Below the pieces are notes generated by a model. It ran no database searches. It was not told the origin of the DNA and saw only the letters and a program-made list of their open reading frames with translations. Below are positions 13,303-25,080 of a stretch of DNA of 64,000 nucleotides, one piece after another. How positions within the stretch are numbered: the stretch's first letter is position 1; the number at the start of each line of letters is the position of its first letter. A program made the translations under genes and the position numbers. Origin of the DNA: Octopus sinensis (Eukaryota); contig NC_043006.1 in NCBI RefSeq assembly GCF_006345805.1, forward strand, positions 49,476,001 to 49,540,000. The letters are read 5' to 3'.

Positions 13303-13569
13303 CATATTCTATATTCTATTTTCTTGTTTTGAATCACCACGCATACACGCTCACACATGTACACATAATGCACACACACACACATGCAGACAAACACATG
13401 CAGACACACAGTTTCCGTCTACCAAAGCCATTCACAAGGCTTTAGTCGGTTTGAGACTATAAGGTGCCACGCTCTGGGACTGACTGGACCTGGAACCATG
13501 TGGCTGGGCAGTAAACTTCTTACTACGCAGCCACGCCTGCACCTTATGTATAATACACAGAGGTTTGGT

Positions 13570-13715
13570 TTCGAAGAGCAAACCCTACTTTTTTCCCCTT
13601 CGATCGGCAAACCCTACTTTTTTTTTCCTTCGATCGGCAAACCCTACTTTTTTACCTTCGATCGGCAAACCCTACTTTTTTTTCCTTCGATCGGCAAGCC
13701 CTACTTTTTTTCCTT
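13570..13715 (+). repeat. Minisatellite, five units of about 29 bp
   Basis: TCGATCGGCAAACCCTAC(T)nCCT repeated head to tail. Confidence 0.92.
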
Positions 13716-15149
13716 ATATGCCCTAATATTACATTATTGCCCTTAGGGTTCTATAAATTTCTGTAATACAGAATTGTTTGTGATGGTTACGGGGGAAAGA
13801 ATGAGATCCAAAGTGACAGAGAAGATAGTTGCGAATGATTATTCCCGGCATATTTGAGAAATTGGAAATAGGCGAGCTACTTTTCCGTTCTCCTGCGAAG
13901 AGGACACAGTTGCATATTTCCTTTGATTGGAGCTGATTCTCATCTCTCCGGAAAAGTGACTTAAAAAGAAAGAAAGATAGATACATAAAAAGAAAGAGTG
14001 GAAGAAATTTTGAGGAATTTGTCAAGATCTCATTGTTTAAGGGTAATCGAAGAGACTATTTCAATGACATTACCACAGTTGGTATGAAACGACCGAATGT
14101 GTTTTCGTGTTTGGCGTGTATGTTGATATATTGTGGCGAGCCTGGTAGAATAAAGAGAGAAGTTTTGTAAATTTAACCAGGATGTGTAATAAAGAATTTG
14201 ATGCGAAGCTAGAAGTAGATGCAGAAACTTTCTTTCTGTGTGATGTGTGTGGAGCTTTATTGTCTGGAGAACTATTGCTGTTGAAATGTGGAAACAAGGA
14301 GGATTCTATAAACTTGGTAGTGATTTCTATTTCTATCATTTATACATTAATTATATGCGAGTCACGTGCTTAATTATGTACACACACTCATCGTCTGTCG
14401 TCTAAAGAATTGCAAGTGGTAAGAAACTTCTGGAAGCAATGCAGAGAGCTATCAACTTCGAATGAATGTATATATATGTAAATATTTAAAAAATTCTAAT
14501 CAAATCTGAAACATCATTAACGCGATTATGAGATTTGCCATTTGGCACGTCTGTCCACAGTGATGCTACCTAGAGCATTCATGCTGTTGCAAAATATTTG
14601 GTAAGTCGTTAGTGATACAGCTTAGAAAAATAAACAGGTAACAAAAACAACCAAAGAATGATATGATACGAGGCATTTTGTTGTGGGCGAGTGAAATCGT
14701 TTAAGAAATAAGAAAGAAAGGAAGGAAGTAGAAAGAGAAGGGTTAGAGGAGGTGATGTCGGAAAATATATGAAAAGAGAATGAAGAAAATGGGAAGATAA
14801 GAGCGAAAAGTAGTTATCGAATAGGTAGTCGATATAGGATATGACATCAGGGACTGAATATTGTTTGAGTGGGGTGTAGAAGAGAAACCGTAGTAATGTG
14901 AACTGGAATAAATTAGGTTCTGGTTAAAGATTCGGTGAGATTTCTGATTATGGATATAAAAGTGAGTTATAAGGTTTAGTTATTTTTCTGGTGAGGCAGG
15001 TCTATCAATTATAGCTTTAAATGTGATTATACCATAATATTTTGCGGATTACATTCTTTTTTCATTGTATCATCATCTTAGTTCCTCTCAATCTTGCATT
15101 TCACCCTCTCGAAGTCAATAAAATAAAGCACAAGTCAAGTACTGCTCAT

Positions 15150-16136
15150 CGATGATGGTATACATTCTTTGTTTAGATTGCTGTTCTAGCACTCTTTGGA
15201 AATAATTCAGATCTTTACATTGAAGATGTGAGTGCTTAGTTGTAAAATGTCTTTTCAGCTTGCTAGGCCACATGCCTTCGTTAGACAACTTTTCACCACA
15301 AACAACATACAGCGGAAGAGGTTGATTCTCGTTGCCAGTCCAATGAAACCCAAACTTTAAATAGCTATTGCAATATTTACGATTGGGTCGACCTTTCCAA
15401 TTATTATCACTACGCTTAGTTGCTTTTGACGAAACATTCACTTTCAGATTCATAATCGTCTCGGTTATGCTTCATCTTGATAAATTTTCCAATTTATGGG
15501 TAATTTAGTCTGTAAATATGAATTGTATCGCACAAAGAACACAGATTACTAATAGTCAAACCGAGAAAAGTGACCAGTGAGCTGTGAAAAGTGGCAGCGT
15601 CTCACATTTTATCGGACTCTTCTGAGAAGTCTTTCAAAATTAATTGAAAATATGAAAATTCTCGCCACTATATGAATGAAAAAAATTGAAATAAAACCGC
15701 AATACTTAAGGACGTATTAAAAGATTTAGTTCAACATCGTATATTTTAGTTCAATAGTTTATTTTTCACACTTATTGAAATGAAAACTGCTGAGACTACG
15801 ACCGAAATAAACTGAAACATAGCCTTGCACTGAATATGACCATAAGATGTCAATTTCGAGGATAGATTGATGCTAATTTAGTTCTTATCTTTATGAAATT
15901 TCAAATTCAAAATTGGATAACACTGTCATACCATAATTAGCCTAAATGAATTGAATGACACAAACACCTCTCATTCTTAGTTAAGAACTTAGTTTTTAGT
16001 TTTTTGCCACTTAAACATTTATATGTATGAACTTTCTAGTGAATTTGGGTTTGTATTTTTCATATTTTGAAATATAATCTTACTTTTTCGAGGTGCACCT
16101 AATTACATCTTGCGACGCACGGTTTGGGAAACACTG
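15150..16136 (-). mobile_element. hAT (Buster/Charlie-type) transposon 5' fragment
   Basis: TIR CAGTGTTTCCCAAA ending at 16136; ORF RKYCNSYLKFGFHW...PLYVVCGEKLSNEGMWPSKLKRHFTTKH (BED finger). Confidence 0.9.
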
Positions 16137-16215
16137 CTCTTGGGGGTGTCCGACAAGTCGTAAATTCCCTTTATATAAAAATGAATAATGATAACACACG
16201 ATGGATAATCATTTG

Positions 16216-16285
<70 letters not shown>

Positions 16286-16621
16286 GCATATACATATATA
16301 CCTGTATTCTCTAAATGAAATGTCTTTTTCACTTTTTCAAAAGATCCAAACGGTTTGCCTTTTCATTTTTATTTTAATCCTTATACATATTTTTTAGTTG
16401 TTGGGTCTTAAGATAATAAATAATGCTAATCCAGACGAAGAGTCGAGGTCGCAAGACATCTGCGACTGGTAAGACTGATGTCGGTAATGTTCTACTTAAA
16501 AGTGATTGTTAGATGTTTATGTTGCGTAATTTTAAGTGGCCATCATTACTCTTTACATACAAGAGTTAATCTTTTAAAAGGTGGTCTAAACCCCTTTTAA
16601 AAGATTAAAACGTGTGTGTGA

Positions 16622-16657
<36 letters not shown>

Positions 16658-17149
16658 GATAATAAATTGTCGATTTAACAGATTTCATTTCAATAATTTA
16701 AAGGATTTCAGATATAACACCCGAATAATTTTAGTAAAATATATTAATAAATATTAAAAAAAAATAACAAAGCCTATTAATTATTTTAGGGGTATCTACT
16801 TGTAAATTATCGAATGTGTGTTTCATATTTTTAAGATACCACTTTGGTAAAAATAACTAAATAAATTACCGGTTCCAAAGAAAGTGAGTGATCTGTGTAT
16901 GTGTGCTTGTATGCAACGGTGCATATATGCGCGAACGTATCATTGTGTTTGCGTGTGTATGTATACGTGAGTGGGAGTTTGTATACAAGTGCGAGCGTTT
17001 GTGCATCTGTGTGTTTGAATAATTGGGAACAGAATTTTGAGCATATCATATCGTATTTGCTTTAAGTAGGGTGAAGATTCACTTTCGATCTCTGTCATCA
17101 TCATATATTCGAGCTGTTAGGTTATCTAATACTTTTATTATACTTTTAC

Positions 17150-17459
17150 CACCGTGATCACCGTGACCGACCAGGCTATCAGATGTTGCTACACATCGCT
17201 GGTCACAATGCGCTTCGCATTGTTTTAACCTTTAAATGGCGCCACCCCGCTGGCTAAGCGAGCAGGCCAACAGAAGAAAGAGTGAGAGAAAGTTGTGGCG
17301 AAAGAGTACAGCAGGGATCGCCACCCCACCTGCCGGAGCCTCGTGGAGCTTTAGGTGTTTTCGCTCAATAAGCACTCACAACGCCCGGTCTGAGAATCGA
17401 AACCGCGATCCTACAACCGCGAGTTCGCTGCCCTAACCACTGAGCCATTGCGCCCCCAC
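17150..17459 (-). mobile_element. SINE family C
   Basis: High similarity to 7259-7554. Confidence 0.88.
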
Positions 17460-17946
17460 ATTATACTTTTATACATTTTTTTAATTATAAAATAATAATG
17501 ATATTATAGCACCTTGAGCACTAGAAAGGATTATAGTACCATGTGCTCCTCAATTCCTCGATGGAGCCACAGGGACAAAGTGTCTTAGGAACTTTTAGAC
17601 ATGGTGGAACCCATCCCTTTACAGCTCTGACTAAAATCGGTTTCTTCCAGATAACAAGAAAGATAGAAAAAAATGAGAAACAAAAGACACACACACACAG
17701 AGTTATATAGGCGTGGAGGTATGGTAAAAAGTTTGCTTCTCAAGTTCATGGTTTCAAGTTCAGTTCCAGTTGACAAATGTCTTCTAATAAAACTCCTGAC
17801 TGACCAAAATTTTGTGAATGAATTTGGCAGTTTGAGTTAGTGAGTTAGTGTTAGTATTTGTCTCCCATAACTGCTTGACAGCCAGTGCTGGTTTGTTTAT
17901 ATCACCGTAGCTTAGCGGTTCGTTAAAAGATATCCATAGAATAAGT

Positions 17947-18285
17947 TTTTGCGGAGACCCCCTTCGGTCATGATTGACCATGGGATTGCACCTAGGAAGT
18001 TACCCTCCCAGACACAAGTCCGGGCAAGGTTGTTTATGGAAGACCAGCAGTCGCCCGTGCATACCGGCCTCCCCTCTCCACGCCACCAGTGCTATCCAAG
18101 GGAAAGGCAAAAGGGCCGATACAGCTTGGCACCTGTGATGTCGCAACTCATTTCTACAGCTGGCTCAGTGGTTAGAACGTCAAGCTTACGATCGTGGGGT
18201 TGTGAGTTCGAATCCCAGACCGGGCTACGTGTTGTGTTCTTGAGCAAGACACTTTATTTCACGTTGCTTCAGTTCACTCAGCTTT
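17947..18285 (-). mobile_element. tRNA/CORE-type SINE (family D) with a twin-priming-type inversion
   Basis: The 3' part is reversed at 17947-18162 and the tRNA head plus CORE is forward at 18161-18283. TSD ATAGAATAAGT at 17936-17946 and 18286-18296. Confidence 0.85.
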
Positions 18286-18841
18286 ATAGAATAAGTATTT
18301 GGCTATAAAAAGGAATATTGGGGTCGATTAGTTCGACTATACCCATCAAGGCGGTGCTCCAGCATAGCCACAGTCCAATGGCTAAAGCAATAACACGTAA
18401 AAGATGATAAAGCAATACATATTCGTTCGGGTTCACGCTTTGCTTCCCAAATACATGGTTCTAGGTTCAGTTCCACTGCATGACACTTGGGCAAGTGTCA
18501 TCTACTATAGCCTGGGGCCGACCAAAGCTTGTGAGTGAATTTGGTAGATAGAAATTGAAAGAAACCCGTCGTATTATATATATATATATATATAATATAT
18601 AATATATATATATATATATATATAATGTATATATATATGGCTGTGTGGTAAGTAGGTTGCTTACCACCCACATGGTTCCGGGTTCAGTCCCTTGGGCAAG
18701 TGTCTTCTACTATAGCCTCGAGCCGACCAAAGCCTTATGAGTAGGTTAGTAGACGGAAACTTAAAGAAGCCCGTCCGTATATATGTATATATATATATAT
18801 ATGTATGTGTGTGTATATGTATATATATATATATATATATA

Positions 18842-19235
18842 TGGCTGTGTTGGTAAGTGGTAGGTGGGTTGCTTACCACCCACATGGTTCCGGGTTCAGT
18901 CCCTTGGGCAAGTGTCTTCTACTATAGCCTCGAGCCGACCAAAGCCTTATGAGTAGGTTTAGTAGACGGAAACTTAAAGAAGCCCGTCGTATATATGTAT
19001 ATATATATATATGTATGTGTGTGTATATGTTTGTGTGTCTGTGTTTGTCCTCCCAACATCACTTGACAACCGATGGTGGTGTTTACGTCTCCGTAACTAA
19101 GCGGTTCGGCAAAAGAGACCGATAGAATAAGTACTAGGCTTCCAAAGAATAAGTTCTGGGGTCGATTTGCTCAACTAAAGGCGGTGCTCCAACATGGGCG
19201 CAGTCAAATGACTGAAACAAGTAAAAGAGTAAAAG
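18842..19235 (+). mobile_element. SINE family B: tRNA-like head, internal (TA)n(TG)n tract, CR1-like tail
   Basis: GGCTGTGTGGTAAG..GGTTCAGTCCC..GAAGCCCGTCG-(TA)n(TG)n-GTTTGTCC..GGCGGTGCTCCA..GACTGAAACAAGTAAAAGA. Other copies: ~522-975, 17708-18410, 18435-18575, 18637-18790, 19240-19470 and 25893-26047 (plus); 13390-13540 (minus). Confidence 0.85.
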
Positions 19236-19631
19236 TGAGTATATGTGTGTGTGTGTGTGTCTTTGTGTCTGTGTCAGTTCCCCCACTACCTATCGACAGC
19301 CGGTGTTGGAGTGTTTATGTCACCATAACTTAGCGGTTCGGCAAAAGAGTTCGATAGAATGAGTACCAGGCTTACAAAAAAAAAAAAAAAAAATTCGCTC
19401 GACTAAAATTCTTTAAGGCTGTGTTCCAGCATGGCCGTAGTCTAATGACTGAAACAAGTAAAAGATAAACAATGAAGAATAACAATTAGAAGAGTTGCAG
19501 ATATTTTGATCAAAATGAAACTGAAAATTACTTATGTAAATTTTCGAGAAATATATTGTCACTTAATTTAATAATTTATATTCGAAAGGCAAAGGAACAA
19601 GAGTTGAAAACATGTACAAACATAAACATAA

Positions 19632-19935
19632 ACAATTAGAACAATATACATGCATGTATAATATATTATGCTTTACATATATAATATAAAGATACCAGTT
19701 ATTATTAAAATATATAACATACAGGAATATAAATAAGGAAAATATCTTACAGATGTTTCAATCAAGAGGCAAAAATACCTCATCCTACCTTTATCCCACC
19801 AGTAGACTGAAGTAATTAGTAGATGAAATTGAGGTACTTGGGTTTTTCTCTGAGCTTCGTCAGAGATTTTAGAAAGTACATAAGGTTAAATTATAAATAT
19901 AAATATAAATATAAATACACACACATTTACATACT

Positions 19936-19967
<32 letters not shown>

Positions 19968-20030
19968 AATGCATACACCTACACTTAAATGTACATACAT
20001 ATTTGCATGTATATGCATACACAAGAATCA

Positions 20031-20114
<84 letters not shown>

Positions 20115-20471
20115 GATGCATTATATTATTCATATTAGATAAAATATAAACAGAAATAAGAGAAAGTTATAAGAGGAGTAATATTGTAATTTATAAAATC
20201 AATATATCTTAAAGTTATTTCAGTTATGTAAGAACGAAACTGAATATATATGAGGAACACACACACACACACACACATGTATGCATATATATCTCCGCTC
20301 AAACATACTCATACGTATTATATGTGTTTAGAAGGGAAGATAAGTGCAGTAGTTTGTATCATTATAATTATATAATATTATATTATTATATAATTATAAT
20401 GATACAAACTACTGCACTTATCCTTCCTTCTAAACACATATAATACGTATGTACCTATGATTATGTTTGAG

Positions 20472-20513
<42 letters not shown>

Positions 20514-20702
20514 TGTGTGTATGTATGTGTGTGTATATATATGTTCCTCATGTATATGCAGTTTCATTCTTACATATAACCTGAAGATAAATTGATTTTA
20601 TAAAGTACAATATTACTCTTGTTATAACTTTCTCATACCTCTGTTTATATTTTATCTAATATGAATAATACAATGCATCTAATAATAATAATGATAATAA
20701 TG

Positions 20703-20752
<50 letters not shown>

Positions 20753-21120
20753 TGATTCTTGTGTATGCATATACATGCAAATATGTATGTACATTTAAGT
20801 GTAGCTATATTTATGTATATTTATGTATATGTATGTATAAGTATGTATATGTGTGTTTGTATTTATATTTATATCTTAAGCTTATGTACTTTCTAAAATC
20901 TCTGACGAAGCCTAGAGAAACACACAAGTACCTCAATCGCATCTACTAATTACTTCAGTCTACTGGAGGGATAAAGGTAGAATGAGGTATTTTTGCCTCT
21001 TGGCTGAAACAGCTGTAAGATATTTTCCCGTATGTTATATATTTTAATAATTACTGGTATCTTTATATTATATATGTAAAGCATAATATATTATACATGT
21101 ATGTATATTGTTGTAATTGT
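19632..21120. repeat. About 1.5-kb imperfect palindrome of a Penelope-like AT-rich element
   Basis: Arms ~19632-20377 and 20384-21120 with a 6-nt spacer. They mirror even the internal microsatellites ((TAT)n vs (AAT)n) and differ by many substitutions. GAAACAGCTGTAAGA (helix III relic) near 21006-21020. Confidence 0.85.
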
Positions 21121-21420
21121 CATTTTAGTAAATAAATAGACATAATATAATGTCTAAAAGTTGATGAATACCACCTATTGATCCCCTCCATTTTCTTATT
21201 GCTCTATAAATTAATGGTAAAATAACTCTTTACCCTCACTCATTTATTACATTCGGTAATGTAATTGCAATGCAATAAAAAAAAAACACTTGTGTATTAA
21301 TAATTGGGTATTCTACCAGTTGTATATTGGATATTATCCCTTTAGTTGGTTGGATTCACAACCTCTAACTTTCTTGGAATATATATATATATAATATATA
21401 TATATATATCATATACATAC

Positions 21421-21500
<80 letters not shown>

Positions 21501-21901
21501 ATATATATATATATAAATGTAATATATGCATGTATATATATCAATATATAAGTATATATGCATGTACACATATATATTTGCATATGGATGTAGTATATAT
21601 ATATATATATATATATATTTTATATATATATATATATATATGATATATATCATATATATATATATATATATATATAAATCAATATTAGGGTAGCAAAAAT
21701 TCAATAGAAATTATTTTGCCACCAGCGTGTCTAGTGAGAAAGAGGAAATAGTCAGAGACTATTAATAAATTCAACAACAATTGAGGAACGGCTATAATAG
21801 GCCGTTCGACCCACTAGAAATAGCAGCCAGGGCTCCAACCGCAAATAGTAGTAATTCCGAAATCAGAGGAAAAATTAAAAAAAAACATTTACCCTGTTCT
21901 T

Positions 21902-22012
21902 CTTTAGACAATGCATTGTTTCGGCGTTTTTTAAGGGTAAATCAGCCTGATTAAATTAAATTAAACTTAATCAAGTCAATCTTCCGAAAGGCCAACGCGC
22001 TCATCAGTAAAG
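21902..22012 (-). ncRNA. Type I hammerhead ribozyme, apparently intact (unit 1 of a 490-bp tandem)
   Basis: Minus strand: CTTTA-CTGATGA-helix II (GCGTT/AACGC with a long extension)-GAAA-CAATGCATTG-TC-TAAAG. Helix I CTTTA/TAAAG; palindromic helix III ACAATGCATTGT; GUC site at 21909-21907. Confidence 0.8.
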
Positions 22013-22391
22013 GAGCCAGAAGGGACAGAAATTACACGAGGCAGCTACCTTCATGCCTCGGTAATATCTGACCTAAAATTTTCAAAATCATCGTACTCGA
22101 GCCAACTTATCGGCAGCAAATATAAACTGCCGATTCAATTTCGGAATTAATCAGATAATTATCAATTAATCAATATTAGGGTAGCAAAAAATTCAATAGA
22201 AATTATTTTGCCACCAGCGGTCTAGTGAGAAAGAGGAAATAGTCAGAGACTATTAATAAATTCAACAACAATTGAGGAACGGCTATAATAGGTCGTTCGA
22301 CCAACTAGAAATAGCAGCCAGGGCTCCAACCACAAATAGTAGTAATTCCGAAATCAGAGGAAAAATAAAAAAAAACATTTACCCTGTTCTT

Positions 22392-22502
22392 CTTTAGACA
22401 ATGCATTGCTTCGGCGTTTTTTAATGGTAAACCAGCCTGATTAAATTAAATTAAACTTAATCAAGTCAATCTTACAAAAGGCCAACGCGCTCATCAGTAA
22501 AG
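22392..22502 (-). ncRNA. Hammerhead ribozyme copy with GAAA changed to GAAG (unit 2), probably impaired
   Basis: Same sequence as unit 1, offset by exactly 490 bp, but reads GAAGCAATGCATTGTC (A15.1 to G). Confidence 0.7.
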
Positions 22503-22693
22503 GAGCCAGAAGGGACAGAAATTACACGAGGCAGCTACCTTCATGCCTCGGTAATATCTGACCTAAAATTTTCAAAATCATCGTACTCGCGCCAACTTAT
22601 CGGCAGCAAGTACGATGATTTTGAAAATTTTAGGTCAGATGTTACCGAGGCATGAAGGTAGCTGCCTCGTGTAATTTCTGTCCCTTCTGGCTC

Positions 22694-22804
22694 CTTTACT
22701 GACGAGCGCGTTGACCTTTTGGAAGATTGACTTGATTAAGTTTAATTTAATTTAATCAGGCTGGTTTACCATTAAAAAACGCCGAAACAATGCATTGTCT
22801 AAAG
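22694..22804 (+). ncRNA. Type I hammerhead ribozyme, apparently intact (inverted copy)
   Basis: CTTTA 22694-98, CTGACGA 22699-705, GAAA 22784-87, CAATGCATTG, GUC 22797-99, TAAAG 22800-04. Confidence 0.8.
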
Positions 22805-23459
22805 AAGAACAGGGTAAATGTTTTTTTTAATTTTTCCTCTGATTTCGGAATTACTACTATTTGCGGTTGGAGCCCTGGCTGCTATTTCTAGTGGGTCGAA
22901 CGGCCTATTATAGCCGTTCCTCAATTGTTGTTATATATATATATATATATAAGTTAACATATATATATAATATCCATATTCAAATATGAATTTATGAACA
23001 TGTATATATATATAAATGTACATGTATATGTATGTGCGTAAATGTACACATACTCGCACACACACACATACACACATATATATTTGTTACACACACATGC
23101 ATATACTGATATTTCAAAATTTCATTTGTTCCACTGCCGTTTCCACACTTAAAATACAATCATCGTTAACAATATAATTACGTAATTAATGTATAAAAAT
23201 AGATAATTAATTAATTTGAATAAGATGTACAAAACGTTTCGACATGAAATATAATTGAAATGTGAAAATCGAGGCATTGTTCGCAAACAGAAACTTATAC
23301 ACGCACACGCGCACATGTCTAGACACGTCTGCATTAAATTTTTCTGTATAACTCTAATTTGCTGTCCTACCTCACATTTTTTTTCCTCATAATGTTTTGA
23401 AAATGCATTATTTTTTAAATGAAAGATTACAGATATGCGTTTCTGAGGGTTTGTGATTA

Positions 23460-23679
23460 TACGAATGGGTGCTGAAGAGTTCCTGGCTTTAAGGGTGTCG
23501 CGTAAGGGCTAGTTGAAGGCCCAACCTTCTGAATTCTTTTACACAGTTTAGAAACATTGAAGGACCACTGCAATAAGTGTGTGAGTCTGAGAGAGGAATA
23601 TGTTAAATAAAGCTATAATTTACTGGTCCTCCTGTATTTTTTTTAACCCAAAGCCAGGAAGTTTCTAGCATTACACGTG
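23460..23679. mobile_element. Mariner-type MITE of about 220 bp
   Basis: TACGAATGGGTGCTGAAGAGTTCCTGGCTTT ... AAAGCCAGGAAGTTTCTAGCA..CGT inverted ends. Confidence 0.7.
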
Positions 23680-24960
23680 CAATGGAAAATCTTTCCATTA
23701 AATGTTGCTTATCCCCCTCTGAGTGCGCCAACGAATCAGCATCATCAGCACAAAGTAATTCTCTAACAAGTATTTTGAAAGTCTTTGCTTTGCAGTTAAA
23801 CCAGGTCAAATTCAAAATACGACCAGATATCCGAAATCTGATTCCGATTCCCGTGTTGCAAACCTTGAAAGCATACCAAAGTAATGTAGCAAAATAAATA
23901 GAGAAAAGTGTAGGGGCCGGAATATGTCCCTGCTTGACACTATTGTCCACCGAAAATTCATGAGGTAACTCACCATTAAAGACTACCTGAGCTTTCAGGT
24001 TTCTGTGTAGTTCCTTAAAGATGCCCACAAGTTTGCACAAAACAATATACTGTGCCTCCCTGTTTACCGTGTCAATTGCCTTAGTTATGACCTGGTATAA
24101 TTGCATTTGTTGCTCTAAGCATTTCTCTTGAACCTGCCTCACAGAAAATATCATGTCCATTGTTCTTCGCTCAGGTGTGAAACCACACTGTTCTTCAGGA
24201 ATCACATGTGGACACACATTCTCAACAAGACGATCTAACATGATCCTTGAAAGTATCTTCCCCGTATGTGTCAGGAGAGTTATCCCTCTAGAATTACCAC
24301 ACATTGCTTTTGGGCCCTTACTTTTGTATACAGAGATTAGAATGCCATTCTTGTGGCACAGAAGATTCATCCCAAACCCGAGTTATCAGGTTATGAATTT
24401 CAGATGAAATATGATCCCCACCTGCTTTCAGAATTTCAACTGGAATACCATCCAATCTAGGAGCTTTACCTAATCTCAATTTACATAATGCCAGATTTAT
24501 TTCTTCAATGGAAGGTGTATCGTTTATGAGTTGCGTTATCTCTCTTTGTGGAATGTTGTTTATGATAACCATGTTCACTACAGATGGATTGTGGAAAAGA
24601 TCTGCAAAGTGTTCTCTCCATCTATTCATTATTCTACGAAGATCTTTAATAACCACATCTCCATCTTTCGACTTCAAGGGAACATGTGATGATGAAGATT
24701 ACAGTCCAAAAGCTTGCCGCAATAAACTACAGAAACTTTTAATGCCTTTCCTGTCATACGTTGTCTGTATTTCCTCAGACAAATTTCTCCACCAAGTGTC
24801 TTTAAGCCTCCTGCGTTCTTTTTGCAAGTCTGCTTTCTGAGACTTGTACAGCTTTTCTAGTTGCACATTGTTCTTAACGTTTGGGTAAAGAAGCTTTTTA
24901 TGAGTGGACCCCTTTGTTGCTAAAAGCTCATGTATCACTGTATCATTGGGATCAAACTAG
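23680..24960 (-). mobile_element. RTE/BovB-like LINE, degenerate RT region
   Basis: YKSKG...GNSRGITLL..GKILSRIML.RL..EEQCGF...MDMIFSVRQVQEKCLEQ...ELLCADD; upstream KAPRLDGIPVEILK. Confidence 0.88.
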
Positions 24961-24993
24961 TCTCGGTGTTGTCTCCTATCTTACAACACCCCA

Positions 24994-25032
<39 letters not shown>

Positions 25033-25048
25033 ACACACACAAACACAC

Positions 25049-25080
<32 letters not shown>

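Larger units (their letters stand above)
21678..22932. mobile_element. Non-autonomous hammerhead element: two direct 490-bp units followed by a 324-bp inverted copy, bounded by (TA)n
   Basis: Units start at ~21678 and ~22168. Inverted arms are 22264-22587 and 22609-22932 with a 21-nt spacer. The three copies carry independent substitutions. No ORF. Confidence 0.8.

Noticed and set aside
13570-13715. CRISPR-like regular repeats
   Set aside because: Units are contiguous with no unique spacers, and the context is eukaryotic.
14182-14373. ORF MCNKEFDAK...CDVCG with a CxxC motif
   Set aside because: Short, no recognisable domain and no supporting splice signals.
18637-19010. Near-identical ~210-bp tandem duplication of a SINE-B head
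   Set aside because: It is bounded by microsatellites and differs mostly by indels; slippage or an assembly duplication is sufficient.
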